From an uncultured Alphaproteobacteria bacterium (GTDB lineage Bacteria; Pseudomonadota; Alphaproteobacteria; Rhizobiales; Kaistiaceae), in NCBI GenBank assembly GCA_963710805.1, contig CAVQBS010000044.1, positions 155,108 to 219,107 of the forward strand: a stretch of 64,000 nucleotides of DNA, read 5' to 3'. Made by a program: the position numbers and the translations under genes. The notes beneath the pieces were generated by a model that searched no databases, was not told the origin of the DNA, and saw only the letters and a program-made list of their open reading frames with translations. Each line of letters starts with the position of its first letter. Position 1 is the first letter of the stretch. Positions 23,382 to 36,910 of the stretch are shown one piece after another.

Positions 23382-24161
23382 ATGAGTGTGCTCGATCGGT
23401 TTCGCCTCGACGGCAAACGCGCATTCGTTACCGGTGCCAGCAAGGGATTCGGTCGCGTGATCGCGCTTGTGCTGGCGGAGGCCGGCGCCGACGTCGTCGT
23501 CACCGCGCGCGGAGCCGACGACCTCGAGAAAGTCGCCGCGGAGGTCCGCGGCGCGGGCCGCCAGGCGTGGACCTACCCGGCGGACATCTCCGACCCCGCT
23601 GTCTGCGAGGCGCTATGCGAGCGGGTGCTTGGCGAGGCGGGGCCGATCGACATCCTCGTCAACAATGTCGGCGGTCGCAGGCTCGACGTGGCGGTTGAAG
23701 ACACCGATCTCGCAACGTGGCAGAACTTCGTCGATCTGAATCTGACGCATTGCTTCATCTGTACGAAGATGATCGGCGGAGCGATGCTGGAGCGCCGGGC
23801 CGGGCGCGTCATCAACATCGCGTCGATCAGCGGCCTTGTCGCCAGTCGTGGGATCGGAGGGCGCCACTACGAGACGACAAAGGCTGCGGTTATCCATTTC
23901 ACCCGCGCCGTCGCCGCCGACTGGGCACCGCGCGGTGTCAACGTGAACGCGATCTGCCCGGGGCTGTTCATGACCGAGCCGAACCGCAAATGGGCGAAGA
24001 ACAGCCCCGACGTGATCCGCACATTCCTCAGCGCCATTCCAATGGGACGAGCCGGCGAGCCGGAGGAGATCGGCCCGCTCGCCGTCTACCTCGCATCGCC
24101 GGCGTCGAGCTACGTTACCGGCGGGGCCTTTGTCATCGACGGTGGCTACACGCTCTGGTGA
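23382..24161 (+). CDS. SDR family oxidoreductase
   Basis: TGASKGFG, NNVG, YETTK. Confidence 0.92.
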   Translation: MSVLDRFRLDGKRAFVTGASKGFGRVIALVLAEAGADVVVTARGADDLEKVAAEVRGAGRQAWTYPADISDPAVCEALCERVLGEAGPIDILVNNVGGRRLDVAVEDTDLATWQNFVDLNLTHCFICTKMIGGAMLERRAGRVINIASISGLVASRGIGGRHYETTKAAVIHFTRAVAADWAPRGVNVNAICPGLFMTEPNRKWAKNSPDVIRTFLSAIPMGRAGEPEEIGPLAVYLASPASSYVTGGAFVIDGGYTLW

Positions 24162-24244
24162 CGTCGTGACGGACGTGGTCGGTTTAGTCGCTTCGCCGAC
24201 CGACGAGCCTGTTCCTTCTGCGCGCGCTTCGCTAGGGTGCTGCG

Positions 24245-25420
24245 ATGAGCTACCGTGCGATCTATTCCTATGCGTGGGACGTTGCTGAGGTCGGTGTGCC
24301 GACGTTCGCTGCGGAAGCCAAGGCGACCGGCCTCAACACGGTGACGTTCGCCGGGAGCTACCACGCGGGCAAATTCATCCGGCCGAAAGGCAAGACCGGC
24401 AAGGTCTATTTCCCGGAAGATGGCACCGCATATTTTCGCATCGATCCGCAGCGCTACGGCAAGATCAAGCCGCTCGAAAACAGCCTGCTGAAGCAGCAGG
24501 ACACGCTGAAGGCGCTCTGTGAGACCGACATCGCCGTAAACGCGTGGATGGTGCTTCTGCACAACACCCGGCTCGGCACGCTCCATCCCGAAGCCACCGT
24601 CGAGAACGCCTTCGGTGACCGCTACGTCTATAACCTGTGCCCGTCGGCGCCCGAGGCTCGCGAATATGCGATCGCGCTCTGCAAGGATGTGACCGAAAGC
24701 TACCCGGTCATCGGCATGTCGCTCGAGACGCCCGGTTTTCTTCCCTATCAGCATGGCTTCCACCACGAGTTCGCTCTTCTCAGGCAGAACAAATGGCTCG
24801 ACGCGCAGCTCGGCCTCTGCTTCTGCGCGCACTGCGTTCGCGGCGCCGCGAGAGGCGGGATCGACGCCGCGAGCCTGAAGCGACGCGTCGCCGGCGCGGT
24901 CGAGGCGTACTTCGGCCGCGATATCGATATTCCGGACGACATGGCCGAGGCCTTCTGGCTTGCGGACGTGCTCGACAGCGAGCTTGGCGCCTATCTTCGC
25001 TATCGCTGTGAAACCGTCACGAGGCTCGTGGCGGAGATCCGCGCGTCCGTCCGTAAAGACGCGACAGTTGCGGTGATTCCTTCGGTCGCCCGGCCGACGG
25101 CGGGCGCGTGGTACGAGGGAACCGATCTCACCGCGCTCGCCAGGGCCGCCGACGCGATCGAGGCCTGCTTCTACGAGCCGAGTGTCGAACGCGTGCGGGC
25201 CGAGGCTTTCGACGTGTTGCGCAGGGTCGGCGATGCCGGAAAGCTGCGCGGCATTCTGCGTCCGGCATGGCCGGACCTCCAGAGCAAATCTGACGTTGTG
25301 GGGGCAGTGGCGGCGCTCCGGGATGCCGGCATCAGCGACATCGCCTTCTACAATTACGGTCACGTGCGTCGCGCCAGTCTCGGATGGATCGCCGACGCAC
25401 TGGCAGCGACAGGAGACTGA
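24245..25420 (+). CDS. hypothetical protein, possible TIM-barrel glycoside-hydrolase-like fold
   Basis: 391 aa; YH, LHN, LCPS, CFCAHC and C-terminal FYNYG; lies in a sugar catabolic cluster. Confidence 0.7.
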   Translation: MSYRAIYSYAWDVAEVGVPTFAAEAKATGLNTVTFAGSYHAGKFIRPKGKTGKVYFPEDGTAYFRIDPQRYGKIKPLENSLLKQQDTLKALCETDIAVNAWMVLLHNTRLGTLHPEATVENAFGDRYVYNLCPSAPEAREYAIALCKDVTESYPVIGMSLETPGFLPYQHGFHHEFALLRQNKWLDAQLGLCFCAHCVRGAARGGIDAASLKRRVAGAVEAYFGRDIDIPDDMAEAFWLADVLDSELGAYLRYRCETVTRLVAEIRASVRKDATVAVIPSVARPTAGAWYEGTDLTALARAADAIEACFYEPSVERVRAEAFDVLRRVGDAGKLRGILRPAWPDLQSKSDVVGAVAALRDAGISDIAFYNYGHVRRASLGWIADALAATGD

Positions 25421-26208
25421 TGGTGCAGTTCGAGGGAAAGGTTGTCGCGGTCACCGGTGCGGCGGGCGGCATCGGCAGGGAGCTTTGTCGCCACTTCGGT
25501 GGCGAAGGCGCAGCGATCGCCGCGTTCGACAAGAGTCCGGCGGTTGTCGATTTCGCCGAAGAATTGCGCAAGGCCGGCATTCGCGCCGAAGCCGCGGTCG
25601 TCGACATCGGCGACGCGGAGGCTGTGGCGAACGCATTCGCTCGCCTCCAGGCATCGCTCGGCGACGTCGACATCCTCGTCAATAATGCCGGCGTGTCGTC
25701 CAATCCGAGCCTCGACAAGACGACACCGCGCGACTTCGCCGCGGACGTCAACGCCAACGTCAACGGCGCCTACAACTGCTGTTACGCGGTACTGCCGGGG
25801 ATGAAGGCGAAGCGGGCCGGTGCGATCGTCAATATCGGGTCCGTGAACGGCCTCGCCGCCCTCGGCGATCCCGCCTACAGCGCGGGCAAGGCCGGCATGA
25901 TCAGCCTTACAAGGTCGTTGGCGACCGAGTTCGGGCGGTTCGGCATTCGCGCCAACATCGTCTGCCCGGGAACGGTCCGGACGCCGATCTGGGCGAGCCG
26001 CATTGCCCGCAATCCGAAGGTCCTGGAACAGCTTGCCCGCTGGTATCCGCTCGGGAAAATCGTGGAGCCGATCGAGGTCATGCGCGCTGTGGCATTTCTT
26101 GCCTCCGACGCTGCCTCGGCCATCACCGGCGCCGTCCTGCCCGTCGATTGCGGGCTGACCGCCGGTAACATCGTGATGACGCGCGAGCTGACCCTCGAAA
26201 ACTCCTGA
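25420..26208 (+). CDS. SDR family oxidoreductase
   Basis: [17 protein letters not shown]; TGATG overlap with the upstream gene. Confidence 0.92.
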   Translation: MVQFEGKVVAVTGAAGGIGRELCRHFGGEGAAIAAFDKSPAVVDFAEELRKAGIRAEAAVVDIGDAEAVANAFARLQASLGDVDILVNNAGVSSNPSLDKTTPRDFAADVNANVNGAYNCCYAVLPGMKAKRAGAIVNIGSVNGLAALGDPAYSAGKAGMISLTRSLATEFGRFGIRANIVCPGTVRTPIWASRIARNPKVLEQLARWYPLGKIVEPIEVMRAVAFLASDAASAITGAVLPVDCGLTAGNIVMTRELTLENS

Positions 26209-26405
26209 GAGTGTCGCCCGAAGTGCTCACGAACTCCGCGACGCGCTGCCCGTCGGAGCGGTCGTGTTCATGGTACGGACCTGCGTCATCATGCATCATG
26301 CTGCACGGATCGTCTTCCAAGGCCTTGCGTTCCCCCCGCTGTTCGCATATTTCGGCCGGCGGGACACCCCTCCCCAACGAGGGGCGCCTATCTGAAAGGG
26401 TAGAC

Positions 26406-27596
26406 ATGATGACCAATCCTGCCATGGGCCCGGCCAAGCCGGCCCGCAAGCCTGCCAATCCCAACTTCTCCTCAGGACCTTGCGCCAAGCGGCCCGGCTG
26501 GTCGCTGGACAAGCTCGCCGACGCCGCGCTCGGCCGCTCGCATCGCTCCAAGCTCGGCAAGGCCAAGCTCAGGCGCGCCATCGATCTCACCCGCGAGGTT
26601 CTCGAAGTCCCCGCCGACTACCGGATCGGCATCGTGCCGGCGTCCGATACCGGCGCGGTCGAGATGGCGGTCTGGTCGCTGCTCGGCGCGCGGCCGGTCG
26701 ATGTTCTCGCCTGGGAAAGCTTCGGTCTCGGCTGGGTCACCGACGTCGTCAAGCAGCTGAAGCTCGACGACGCCCGGGTGATCAAGGCCGACTACGGCAA
26801 GCTCGCCGACCTCGGCGCCGTCGATTTCGGCCACGACGTGATCTTCACCTGGAACGGCACGACCTCCGGCGTGCGGGTGCCGGATGGCGAGTGGATCGCC
26901 GCCGACCGCACCGGGCTGACGATCTGCGACGCGACATCGGCCGCCTTCGCCCAGCCGCTTCCCTTCGACAAGCTCGACGTGGTCACCTTCTCCTGGCAGA
27001 AGGCGCTCGGCGGCGAGGCCGCGCACGGCATGCTGATCCTCAGCCCGCGGGCGGTCGAGCGGCTCGAGACCCATACCCCGCCGTGGCCGCTGCCCAAGAT
27101 CTTCCGCATGACCAAGGGCGGCAAGCTCAACGAGGGCATCTTCGTCGGCGAGACCATCAACACGCCGTCGATGCTGTGCGTCGAGGACTATCTCGACGCG
27201 CTTGAATGGGCGAAGTCGGTGGGTGGGCTGAACGGCCTGATCGGCCGCGCCAACGCCAATTTCCAGGTGCTCGCCGACTGGGCGGAGCGGACCGCATGGG
27301 TCGACTTCTTCGCCGAGGATCCGACGACCCGGTCGAACACCTCGGTCTGCCTGCGGGTTGTCGACCCGGACGTGACGGCGCTTGAGCTTGCAGCCCACGA
27401 GGCCTTCGTCCGCGCTATCGTCGCCCGGCTCGACAAGGAAGGCGTCGCCTACGACATCGCCTTTCATCGTGACGCGCCGCCGCACCTGCGCATCTGGGCC
27501 GGCGCCACCATCGAGGCGGCCGATCTCGCCATCCTCACCGAGTGGCTCGACTGGGCCTTCGCGGTGGAGAAGGCATCGCTGAGAGAGGCGGCCTGA
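26406..27596 (+). CDS. serC: phosphoserine aminotransferase
   Basis: [25 protein letters not shown]. Confidence 0.96.
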   Translation: MMTNPAMGPAKPARKPANPNFSSGPCAKRPGWSLDKLADAALGRSHRSKLGKAKLRRAIDLTREVLEVPADYRIGIVPASDTGAVEMAVWSLLGARPVDVLAWESFGLGWVTDVVKQLKLDDARVIKADYGKLADLGAVDFGHDVIFTWNGTTSGVRVPDGEWIAADRTGLTICDATSAAFAQPLPFDKLDVVTFSWQKALGGEAAHGMLILSPRAVERLETHTPPWPLPKIFRMTKGGKLNEGIFVGETINTPSMLCVEDYLDALEWAKSVGGLNGLIGRANANFQVLADWAERTAWVDFFAEDPTTRSNTSVCLRVVDPDVTALELAAHEAFVRAIVARLDKEGVAYDIAFHRDAPPHLRIWAGATIEAADLAILTEWLDWAFAVEKASLREAA

Positions 27597-27729
27597 ACCC
27601 TCTCCCCTGTGGGAGAGGGTGGCGAGGCCGAAGGCCGAGCCGGGTGAGGGGCGATCCCCTCCGCTCCGGCGCAAAAAATACCCCTCACCCGCGCTGCCGC
27701 GCACCCCTCTCCCGCAAGGGGAGAGGGGT
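27597..27729. repeat. palindromic REP/RIME-like intergenic element
   Basis: CCCTCTCCCCTGTGGGAGAGGG and CCCTCTCCCGCAAGGGGAGAGGG terminal hairpins with inner GGGTGAGGGG/CCCCTCACCC inverted arms. Confidence 0.8.
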
Positions 27730-27761
27730 TGAGTCAGCCGGGCAACGTTAGGACAATTAGA

Positions 27762-29349
27762 ATGACCACTCCCCGCGTACTCGTCTCCGACAAGCTTTCT
27801 CCCACCGCCGTCCAGGTGTTCAAGGACCGCGGCATCGAGGTCGACTACAAGCCGGACCTCGGTAAGGACAAGGAGGCGCTGCTCGCCGCCATCGGCGACT
27901 ACGAAGGCCTTGCCATCCGCTCGGCTACCAAGGTCACCGAGAAGGTGATCGCGGCGTCGAAACTCAAGGTGATCGGCCGCGCCGGCATCGGCGTCGACAA
28001 TGTCGACGTTGCGGCCGCTACCGCCCGCGGCATCATCGTGATGAACACGCCCTTCGGCAATTCGATCACCACCGCCGAGCATGCCATTGCCATGATGTTC
28101 GCCGTCGCGCGACAAATTCCGGCGGCGGACGTTTCGACCCAGGCCGGCAAGTGGGAGAAGAACCGCTTCATGGGGGTCGAGATCACCGGCAAGACGCTCG
28201 GCATCATCGGCTGCGGCAACATCGGTTCGATCGTCGCCGAGCGGGCGCTTGGCCTCAGGATGCGGGTGATCGCCTACGATCCTTATCTGTCCGACGAGCG
28301 CGCCGTTCAGGTCGGCGTCGAGAAGGTGAAACTCGACGAGCTTTTCCAGCGCTCGGATTTCATCACTCTCCACACCCCGCTCACCGACAACACGCGGCAT
28401 ATCATCGACGCCAAGGCGATCGCCGCCATGAAGCAGGGGGTGCGCATCATCAATTGCGCGCGGGGCGGCCTGGTGGTCGAGGAGGATCTGGCCGAGGCGA
28501 TCAAGAGCGGCAAGGTGGCGGGCGCCGGCGTCGATGTCTTCGTCACCGAGCCGGCCGAGAATAGCCCGCTGTTCGGCCTCCCGAACGTCGTGTGCACGCC
28601 GCATCTCGGCGCGGCGACTACGGAGGCGCAGGAGAATGTCGCCGTCCAGGTCGCCGAGCAGATGTCCGACTATCTTCTCAACGGCGCGGTGGCGAACGCC
28701 CTCAACATGCCGTCGATCACCGCCGAGGAAGCGGTGCGTCTGACGCCGTTCATCCGCCTTGCCGAGAATCTCGGCTCCTTCGCCGGCCAGCTCACCGAAA
28801 CGACGATCCGCGGCATCGCCGTCGAATACGCCGGCGACGTGGCGGAGATGAACACCAAGGCGCTGACCTCGGCACTGCTTGCCGGCCTGCTCAGGCCGAT
28901 CCTCACCGAGGTGAACATGGTCAATGCACCGCTCGTCGCCGAGGGACGCGGCATGGCCGTCGACGAGGTCGCGTCAGTCGCGGCGCGGCGCCTTCGAGAC
29001 CTATATCCGGCTGACCGTGCGCACCGAGCGGCAGGAGCGGTCGGTGGCCGGCACCGTGTTTTCCGACGGCAAGCCGCGCCTCATCCAGATCAAGGGCATC
29101 GACATGGAGGCGGCCTTCGGCCCCCACATGCTCTACATCACCAACCGCGACAGGCCCGGCTTCATCGGCCGCCTCGGCACGCTGCTTGGCGAGGAGCACG
29201 TCAATATCGCCACCTTCAATCTCGGCCGCTCGGCGCCGGGCGACGAGGCCATCGCGCTGATCGAGGTCGATGAGGCGATCAGCGACACGGTGCTGGAGCG
29301 GGTGCGCGGTCTCGAAGGCGTCGTCCAGGCGAAGCGCTTGAGCTTCTGA
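27762..29349 (+). CDS. serA: D-3-phosphoglycerate dehydrogenase, apparent frameshift ~28970
   Basis: GRAGIGVDNVD, INCARGG, TPHLGA; ACT domain (NRDRPGFIG) in the next frame. Confidence 0.95.
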
Positions 29350-29354
29350 CTCGC

Positions 29355-30129
29355 TCACCCGTCGCCATCGGTCAGTTCGGCCGGCAGCGGCCGGTCCGTG
29401 ATCCACGCTTCGACCATTCGGCAGTGAAGCTCGCGGTCGGCGCTGATCCAGCCATGCCATTTGCCAGGCACAACTCGCGCGGTAGCATGCTGCATGGTGC
29501 GCGCGAGAAGGCGGTTCGAGGCCAGCGTCGAGGGCGGTTCGCGGCCGCCTGCGACCAGAAGCGTAGGGCATGCGGCTCGCTCAAGCCCCGGCGGCTGGCG
29601 GAAGTCGAGCGCTTCGATGAAGGCGCCGACATAGGAAGCGGCTGACATTCGGCGATAGTTGGTCCGGAAGTCGTCAACGGCCGCTCCGCGCAGCCCAAGG
29701 CTTCGCGCGATGATGCCGCTCACCGGGTCGGTCCTGACCACCGGCTCCAGCAACCGCAGCCCGAGCCTGGCGAGCGCGAGGTGCCTCAGCGGCAATACGC
29801 TGGCGCCGTCGATCACCGCATGGTCAACCAGCTCGGCCGCCTCGGCTACGAGCTTGATGGTGACGATGCCGCCGAGACTGACGCCCACCACATGGGCGCG
29901 CCCGTCCTTGGCACGCTCGCAAATCAGGTTGGCAACCGCCGCGGTGGTTTCTTCAAGCGACACCCAGGGCTCTCCGGCGCTGTCCCCGAAGCCCGGGAGA
30001 ATCTGGCGCCAGACTGTGGTACCGCGTGAAATGGCGCATATGCGCGCTCCACATGGTGACGCTCGCCCCGGCCCCGTGGAGAAAGACAACGGTCTCGCCC
30101 GCCTCGGGGCCGCTCTCGTGAACGCGCAT
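29355..30129 (-). CDS. alpha/beta hydrolase, apparent frameshift ~30000
   Basis: VVFLHGAG in one frame, LPGFGDS and GVSLGG in the other. Confidence 0.8.
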
Positions 30130-30179
30130 GCCGGAAGTATGGTGAACGGTAATCGCAATTGCGAGGGGACGCCGGCGCC

Positions 30180-31098
30180 TCAGGCTTTCGCCCGGCTCCA
30201 CCTTCGCTGGGCGACGATAATGCCGGCGATGATCAGCGCGTAGCCGACGCCGTGGAACCACTGCGGACGCTCGCCGAGAAAGACGATGGCGATCGCCGAC
30301 CCGAACACCGGGATGAGATGGAAGAACTGGCCGGCGCGGTTGGCGCCGATCAGCTGGACACCGCGGTTGAAGCAGAAATAGGCGAGCACCGAAGGGAAGA
30401 TGATCACGTAGAGGATCACCCCGAAGGCGGCTGGTGTCGGATTGATGCGATAGCCGGCGCTGAATTCGATCAGGAAGAGCGGGATCAGCATCACGGCGCC
30501 GGCGGTGATGGTGGAGGCGAGAAACGAGAGGTAGTGATCCGCGGGCCCTTCCTCAGCAGGACCGTGTACAGGGCGTACACGGCCATCGCCGCCACCAGCC
30601 ACAAGTCGCCCCGGTTGATGGTGAGGCCGAACAGGACCTCCGGGTGCCCCCGGGTGATGATGGTGATGACTCCGAAGAGGGAGATCAGGATGCCGATCAG
30701 CTGCGGCCGCGTCAGCCGGTCGCGGAAGAGGATCAGCGACCACAGGCCGACGAGCAGCGGCCCGCTCGACTGCATCAGCAATGCGTTCAGTGCCTGGGTG
30801 TAGTTGAGGCCGGTATAGGCCATGGAGTTGTAGAGCGTGATGCCGGTGAGGGCGAGCACTAGGAGGATCGGCAGGTTGGTGCGGATCACCGGCCAGTCGC
30901 GTTTGAGATGCCGCCAGCCGATGAGGAGCAGGATCAGCGCCGCGCCCGCCCACCGGATCTGGGCCAGCGCCACCGGCGGGATGGTGCCGGCGATGAACCG
31001 GCCGAGCACGATGTTGATCGCCCAGAACAGTGACGTCAGGGACAAAGAAGATAAGGGCGGTCGATGATCGACCGGCCGCCCGATGGGCTCGCCTCCAA
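30180..31098 (-). CDS. DMT/EamA family transporter, two apparent frameshifts
   Basis: LFWAINIVLGR, GLNYTQALNA, FFHLIPVFG; GGGAGA RBS before TTG 31098. Confidence 0.82.
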
Positions 31099-31297
31099 GC
31101 GCGTTTTCTCCCGCGGTTGCCAGCCGGGGGGTAGCGTCGTCCGGCGGCGGTGTAAAGCGGGCCTCGCCGGTGCCGATCGGCTATGCTCGCGCCGCGAATT
31201 GTCACGGCTTGATCGAGGCGGTCGCTCTCGGCAATCGGCGTCGCTATAGTGCCGCCGCCTTGGACGGGAGGCGGGGGCCGCCGCCGGGCAATGATGA

Positions 31298-32625
<1,328 letters not shown>

Positions 32626-32665
32626 GGGCAGCACGCTAAGAGGGTCCTCTCGGCAGGGCGAAAAG

Positions 32666-34451
32666 ATGGCCGAATACTACACGGTATTGAAACGAGCGAT
32701 TGCCAGGCATCGACCCGAACGTCGCCGAGGCGCGTCGGGCGGTCTACGACAAGGCGCGCAATGCGCTGATCGGGCAGTTGAAAGCGGTCGACCCGCCGCT
32801 GACGACGGCGGAGATCTCGCGCCAGCGCCTGGAGCTCGAGGAAGCGATCCGCCGGGTCGAGCGCGAAAGCGCCGGGATTGGCGCGCCTCCGCCGGCGCCG
32901 CCGCAACCGCAGCATTTCCCGGCCGAGCCGCCGCCGAGCGCTGCCGCGCCGCATCCTCACGAGCCGGCGCTCGCCGCGCGCGTCGCCACGCCGCCGCCGG
33001 CCGCCTATCAGGAGTTGGGCCAGGGGGGCCCGCAGGACGTATTCCGCCGCGCCATCCAGCAAGCCGGCATTCGTGGCGGCAATCAGGAGCCCGTGGCGCG
33101 CGAACCGGTCTCGGCGCGTGCCGAGGCTGCCCGCCATGGCGCGACCGCCCCCGATCTCAGACGGCCCGACGACCGCCCGATGCGGCGGGACGAGCGGCCG
33201 GTGCGGCGCGAGCAGGGCCATCGGCCGCCGCCGCCACCCGACGATCGCTATCGTGCGCCGCCGCCTCGCGATGACCGCCATCGGGCGCCTCCGCCTGACG
33301 ATCGCTACCAGGCGCCACCCCCTCCCTCGTCTGACCTCTACGAGCCGGAGCCCCGTCTGGCGCCCGAATACGACCAGGACTGGGAGCAGGCGCCGGCGCC
33401 CGCCGTCGCGAGCCGGGGGGCCGCTCCGCCGCCTCCGCAACCCGACGAGCACGATCGCCTCGCCTTCGCCAAGAAAGGCCGGCGGCGCGGATATCTCGAC
33501 GAGGATGACGCCGAGCTCCTGGGCAAGCCGGCGCGCCGCTCGCGTCTGCCAGGTATCATTCTTGTCGTCCTCATCATCGCCGTCGTCGGCGGCCTCGGCG
33601 CATGGGCTTGGAAGGAACGGGCGGTGCTCGACGATCTTCTGGCTTCGTTCGAATCCAATGAGCCACCGACGCTGAGCGAACAGCCGCCGGACGCGGCGGA
33701 GCCGGCCTCGACCAAGAACAGCGACAGGCTGCTCGCCGGCGGCAACAATGCGCAGCCCGAGCCGGCCGCAGCGGCAGCGGCGCCCGATCGCGACGTGCGG
33801 GTGGTCGGCGACGAGGCGGACGGCAAGACGGAGATGGCGGCTGCCGGCGCCGCGGACGCCGGCACCGAACCGTTGCCGGTGTCGACCGGCGACGCTGCAA
33901 GCGCTGCCGCGCCGGGTCCGCAAAAGGCAATCCTCTATGAAGAGCCGGTCGGCGACTCGTCGAATGGCGGCGTCACCGCGATCAACGCCGCCGTCACCTG
34001 GCAATACAACAAGGATGGCCCGAACGGTCCCGAGATCGATGCCAGTCTCGAAGTGCCGGAGCGCGATATGACCGTGCGCTTCTCGCTCCACAAGAATTCG
34101 GACGATACGCTGCCTGCCAGTCACCTCATCGAGGTGACCGTCGACACGCCGGCCGATTTCCCCGGCAAGGGCATCGACGAGATCCCCCGCATCGTCTTCA
34201 AGCCGAGCGAGGATGCACGCGGACAGCCGCTGGTCGGCGCTGCCGCGAAGGTCGCCGACGGCTTCTTCTGGATCGCCCTGTCGGCGAACAAGAACGACAT
34301 CGCGTCCAATCTGGAGCTGCTTCGCGCCCGCGAATGGATCGACCTGCCGTTCGTCTACGGCAACGGCCAACGGGCGATCCTGACCTTCGAGAAGGGGCCG
34401 CAGGGCGACAAGGTGTTCGCCGATGCGCTCGCCGCCTGGGGAGCCAGCTGA
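32666..34451 (+). CDS. conserved Rhizobiales-type bitopic membrane hypothetical protein, apparent frameshift ~32705
   Basis: MAEYYTVLKRAI..RRAVYDKARNAL N-domain, Pro/Arg-rich linker, TM, C-domain with PASHLIE and RAILTFEKG. Confidence 0.75.
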
Positions 34452-34532
34452 CCGATCAGCGTGTGATATCGGACGGTGCCCCGCCACCACTTCCGAGAAG
34501 CGCCAACACCGGACCTTTAGGCCGGCACCGCC

Positions 34533-35855
34533 TCACTCGCCTAGCCCGCCGGTCGCCTCGGGTTCCGGCGAGCTCTCCTGGGGCTTGGCCGAGAGACTGG
34601 CTGCCGTTGGGTGTTGGTGGAAGAAGCGCATCATCTCGCGACTGGCATCGGGCCCGCGTGGCTCGGTGTATGATCCGGCAGCACTCCCGCCGGACCATGC
34701 GTGACCGGCTCCGTGAAGGACCCACTGCTCCAGCATCGGTCGCCCGCTTTCATCTGCCTGAACGGTCCGGGTGTACTTTATCCCGCCCGGAGCCTCGCCC
34801 CGGCTGACGGTGGCCCGGAGATCCGCCGCGGCTTTCGACTGGGCGATGACCTGATCGCCGTTGATGGGACTGACGGTCGTGTCGCTGTCGCCGTGGAACA
34901 CGATGGTCGGTACAGCGCCTTGCAACCCGCCGTGCCGACGCGATCCCTCTACGGCAGAAGACCTACCCTCGCGCATCGCGGCGAAGGCTGACGGTAGGTC
35001 GCTCGCGGCCCCGCTTGCCAATCCGGAATGGACACCGATGGCCGCATAGAGATCCGGGTAGGTCGAGCCCATATTTGCCGCCGCAGCCCCACCGGCGGAC
35101 AGGCCGGCGATATAAACGCGCCGAGGATCGATCGGGAAGTCGCGCATGATCTGGCGGGTGATGCCCGCAATCAGCGAGGGCTCGCCCTGGTCACGCCGTT
35201 GGTCGGCCGCGCTGAACCAGTTCCAGCACTTAGAGACATTGGCTGACTGGGCCTGCGCCGGATAGGCGACAAGAAAAGTCTGCTCCTCAGCCAGACTATT
35301 CATCCGCGTGCCGGCAGCAAAGTCGTCGGGCGACTGCGTGCAGCCGTGCAGCATCACCACGAGAGGCAGCGCCTGTCCGTTGTAACCGCTCGGGACATAG
35401 AGCTTGTACGCTCGGCTTCCCGCCGTGTTGGTATAGGTGCGCGTTTCAAACTGCGCCCCGTCCGGCAGAGAGACCGGCGGAGGGCGCACATTGGGCGCGA
35501 CCAGTCCCTCGAGCCCGCGTGCAGAACCGATTTGCCCCATACGGTCCAGGAGCCCGCTGAGCGCTTCAAGGATCTGCGGCTGGCCCATGCCGCTGGGACG
35601 AACGGTAGGGTGAGCGGCAATAAATTGCGGCGAAGTCCAGGAGGTGCCGGTTCCCATTGACGGCGGCCTCATGTCGACAATGGGGGGCGTGCGCCGAGAC
35701 GGCCTCTGCCGTTTCTCGCCCTCGAAATTTGACGGAGCGGCTGGCGTAGGAGCGCTGTGGAGCGCTCCACGCAAAACGGCCATCGCCTCTTCTAGTCGCC
35801 CTTCGCGAGTGAGGCGGGTCGCCTCCATCACGTTGGTCTTCAGGTGCGTGTTCAT
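34533..35855 (-). CDS. PHB depolymerase family esterase (LpqC-like)
   Basis: MLHGCTQS, CWNWF, AGLSAGG, GHAWSGG. Confidence 0.9.
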   Translation of the reverse strand: MNTHLKTNVMEATRLTREGRLEEAMAVLRGALHSAPTPAAPSNFEGEKRQRPSRRTPPIVDMRPPSMGTGTSWTSPQFIAAHPTVRPSGMGQPQILEALSGLLDRMGQIGSARGLEGLVAPNVRPPPVSLPDGAQFETRTYTNTAGSRAYKLYVPSGYNGQALPLVVMLHGCTQSPDDFAAGTRMNSLAEEQTFLVAYPAQAQSANVSKCWNWFSAADQRRDQGEPSLIAGITRQIMRDFPIDPRRVYIAGLSAGGAAAANMGSTYPDLYAAIGVHSGLASGAASDLPSAFAAMREGRSSAVEGSRRHGGLQGAVPTIVFHGDSDTTVSPINGDQVIAQSKAAADLRATVSRGEAPGGIKYTRTVQADESGRPMLEQWVLHGAGHAWSGGSAAGSYTEPRGPDASREMMRFFHQHPTAASLSAKPQESSPEPEATGGLGE

Positions 35856-35959
35856 GGGCGTAGATCCTGTTGAATGGAATTCCGGCAAAGGAAGAGCGCT
35901 ACCCTTCCTCTCGGAAGGGATCTGCTAGAGGTTCAGTTTGCGCAGCAGAAACCGGGCGC

Positions 35960-36379
35960 TCAGCGGATCCTGTCGCTCAGTGCCGCCTTCACCGCAGGAC
36001 TGGCTTGCAGGGCGCCACGCACATGAATTGAGGCAATGGTTTCGCGAGCTAGTTCGGGGGAGACGTCGGCTGCGATAACGGCCAGCCCGAGGACTTGGAT
36101 GTGAAGCGTCTCACCGGCCGCTTGCACCGCCTCTAGGTCCTGCCGGCTGTACTGACGCAACCCGAGTTCGAGTTGGTGTCTAGCGACGGCCTGCTTGACG
36201 GCGTCGTTGTGGCGATCGAGCTGATTCCGGATTGCCGTCCGGATGAAGTCGGTGCGGTTGGAGTAGAAACCGTCCTGCACCAGTAGGTCGATATGGCCGA
36301 GATCGACATAGCCAAGATTGATCGTGATCTTCTCGCTATCAGCCGTCTTCGGCCGAAGCTCGTGCACCTTGTCAACCAT
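35960..36379 (-). CDS. CopG/ribbon-helix-helix transcriptional regulator
   Basis: SEKITINLGYVDLGHIDLLV...YSNRTDFIRTAIR. Confidence 0.85.
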   Translation of the reverse strand: MVDKVHELRPKTADSEKITINLGYVDLGHIDLLVQDGFYSNRTDFIRTAIRNQLDRHNDAVKQAVARHQLELGLRQYSRQDLEAVQAAGETLHIQVLGLAVIAADVSPELARETIASIHVRGALQASPAVKAALSDRIR

Positions 36380-36391
36380 CGCACCATCCCC

Positions 36392-36413
36392 ATACCATCT
36401 GTATGGATGGTAT
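36392..36413. promoter_or_regulatory. palindromic operator upstream of the CopG-family gene
   Basis: ATACCATC-tgtatg-GATGGTAT, with two more ACCATC copies overlapping or next to the start codon. Confidence 0.65.
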
Positions 36414-36705
36414 ATTAGGAGTAGGCGCACTGCTTTGCAAGAGGCGCTCTGCAGGCGGTCTCTAATCCCCCCGTCCTGCTCCCTTTGATGCGCCAAACAC
36501 GTTCTGCCAGCGCTTGATGTCCGCACCGGGTCAACAGCGGTCGCTTGCCGGTGCGCTCAGTGGGCCCGCTTCGGGTGCTCTTGCGAGGTCGGTTCAGGCC
36601 GCGCGTTGATGACGGCGCGGCCTGATCCAATCAACCTGCTGCCGGCGCATGGCTGGCCGGCGTCGATTTGGGTTGCCCTCGGCGCCGCTCCCTGCGATCT
36701 TAGCG

Positions 36706-36794
36706 CCGTTCCGAGGGGTGCTCGCGCGCGAGCTGAGATGACCTGACGGTCAAACCCTTCGAACCTGATCCGGGTCATGCCGGCGAAGGAACGG
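36706..36794 (+). ncRNA. TPP riboswitch
   Basis: GGGGTGC...GCTGAGA...ACCCTTCGAACCTGATCCGGGTCATGCCGGCGAAGG; P1 CCGTTCC/GGAACGG. Confidence 0.96.
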
Positions 36795-36910
36795 AACGGG
36801 TTCATCCGAAACCTCGCTGCATGACCGGGATCGCCACACGAAGGCGGCAGTCGGTCGATGACGTTCGGACGAAGACTGAGGCATTTTCCTGCGGGCGCGG
36901 GCTCTGCACG

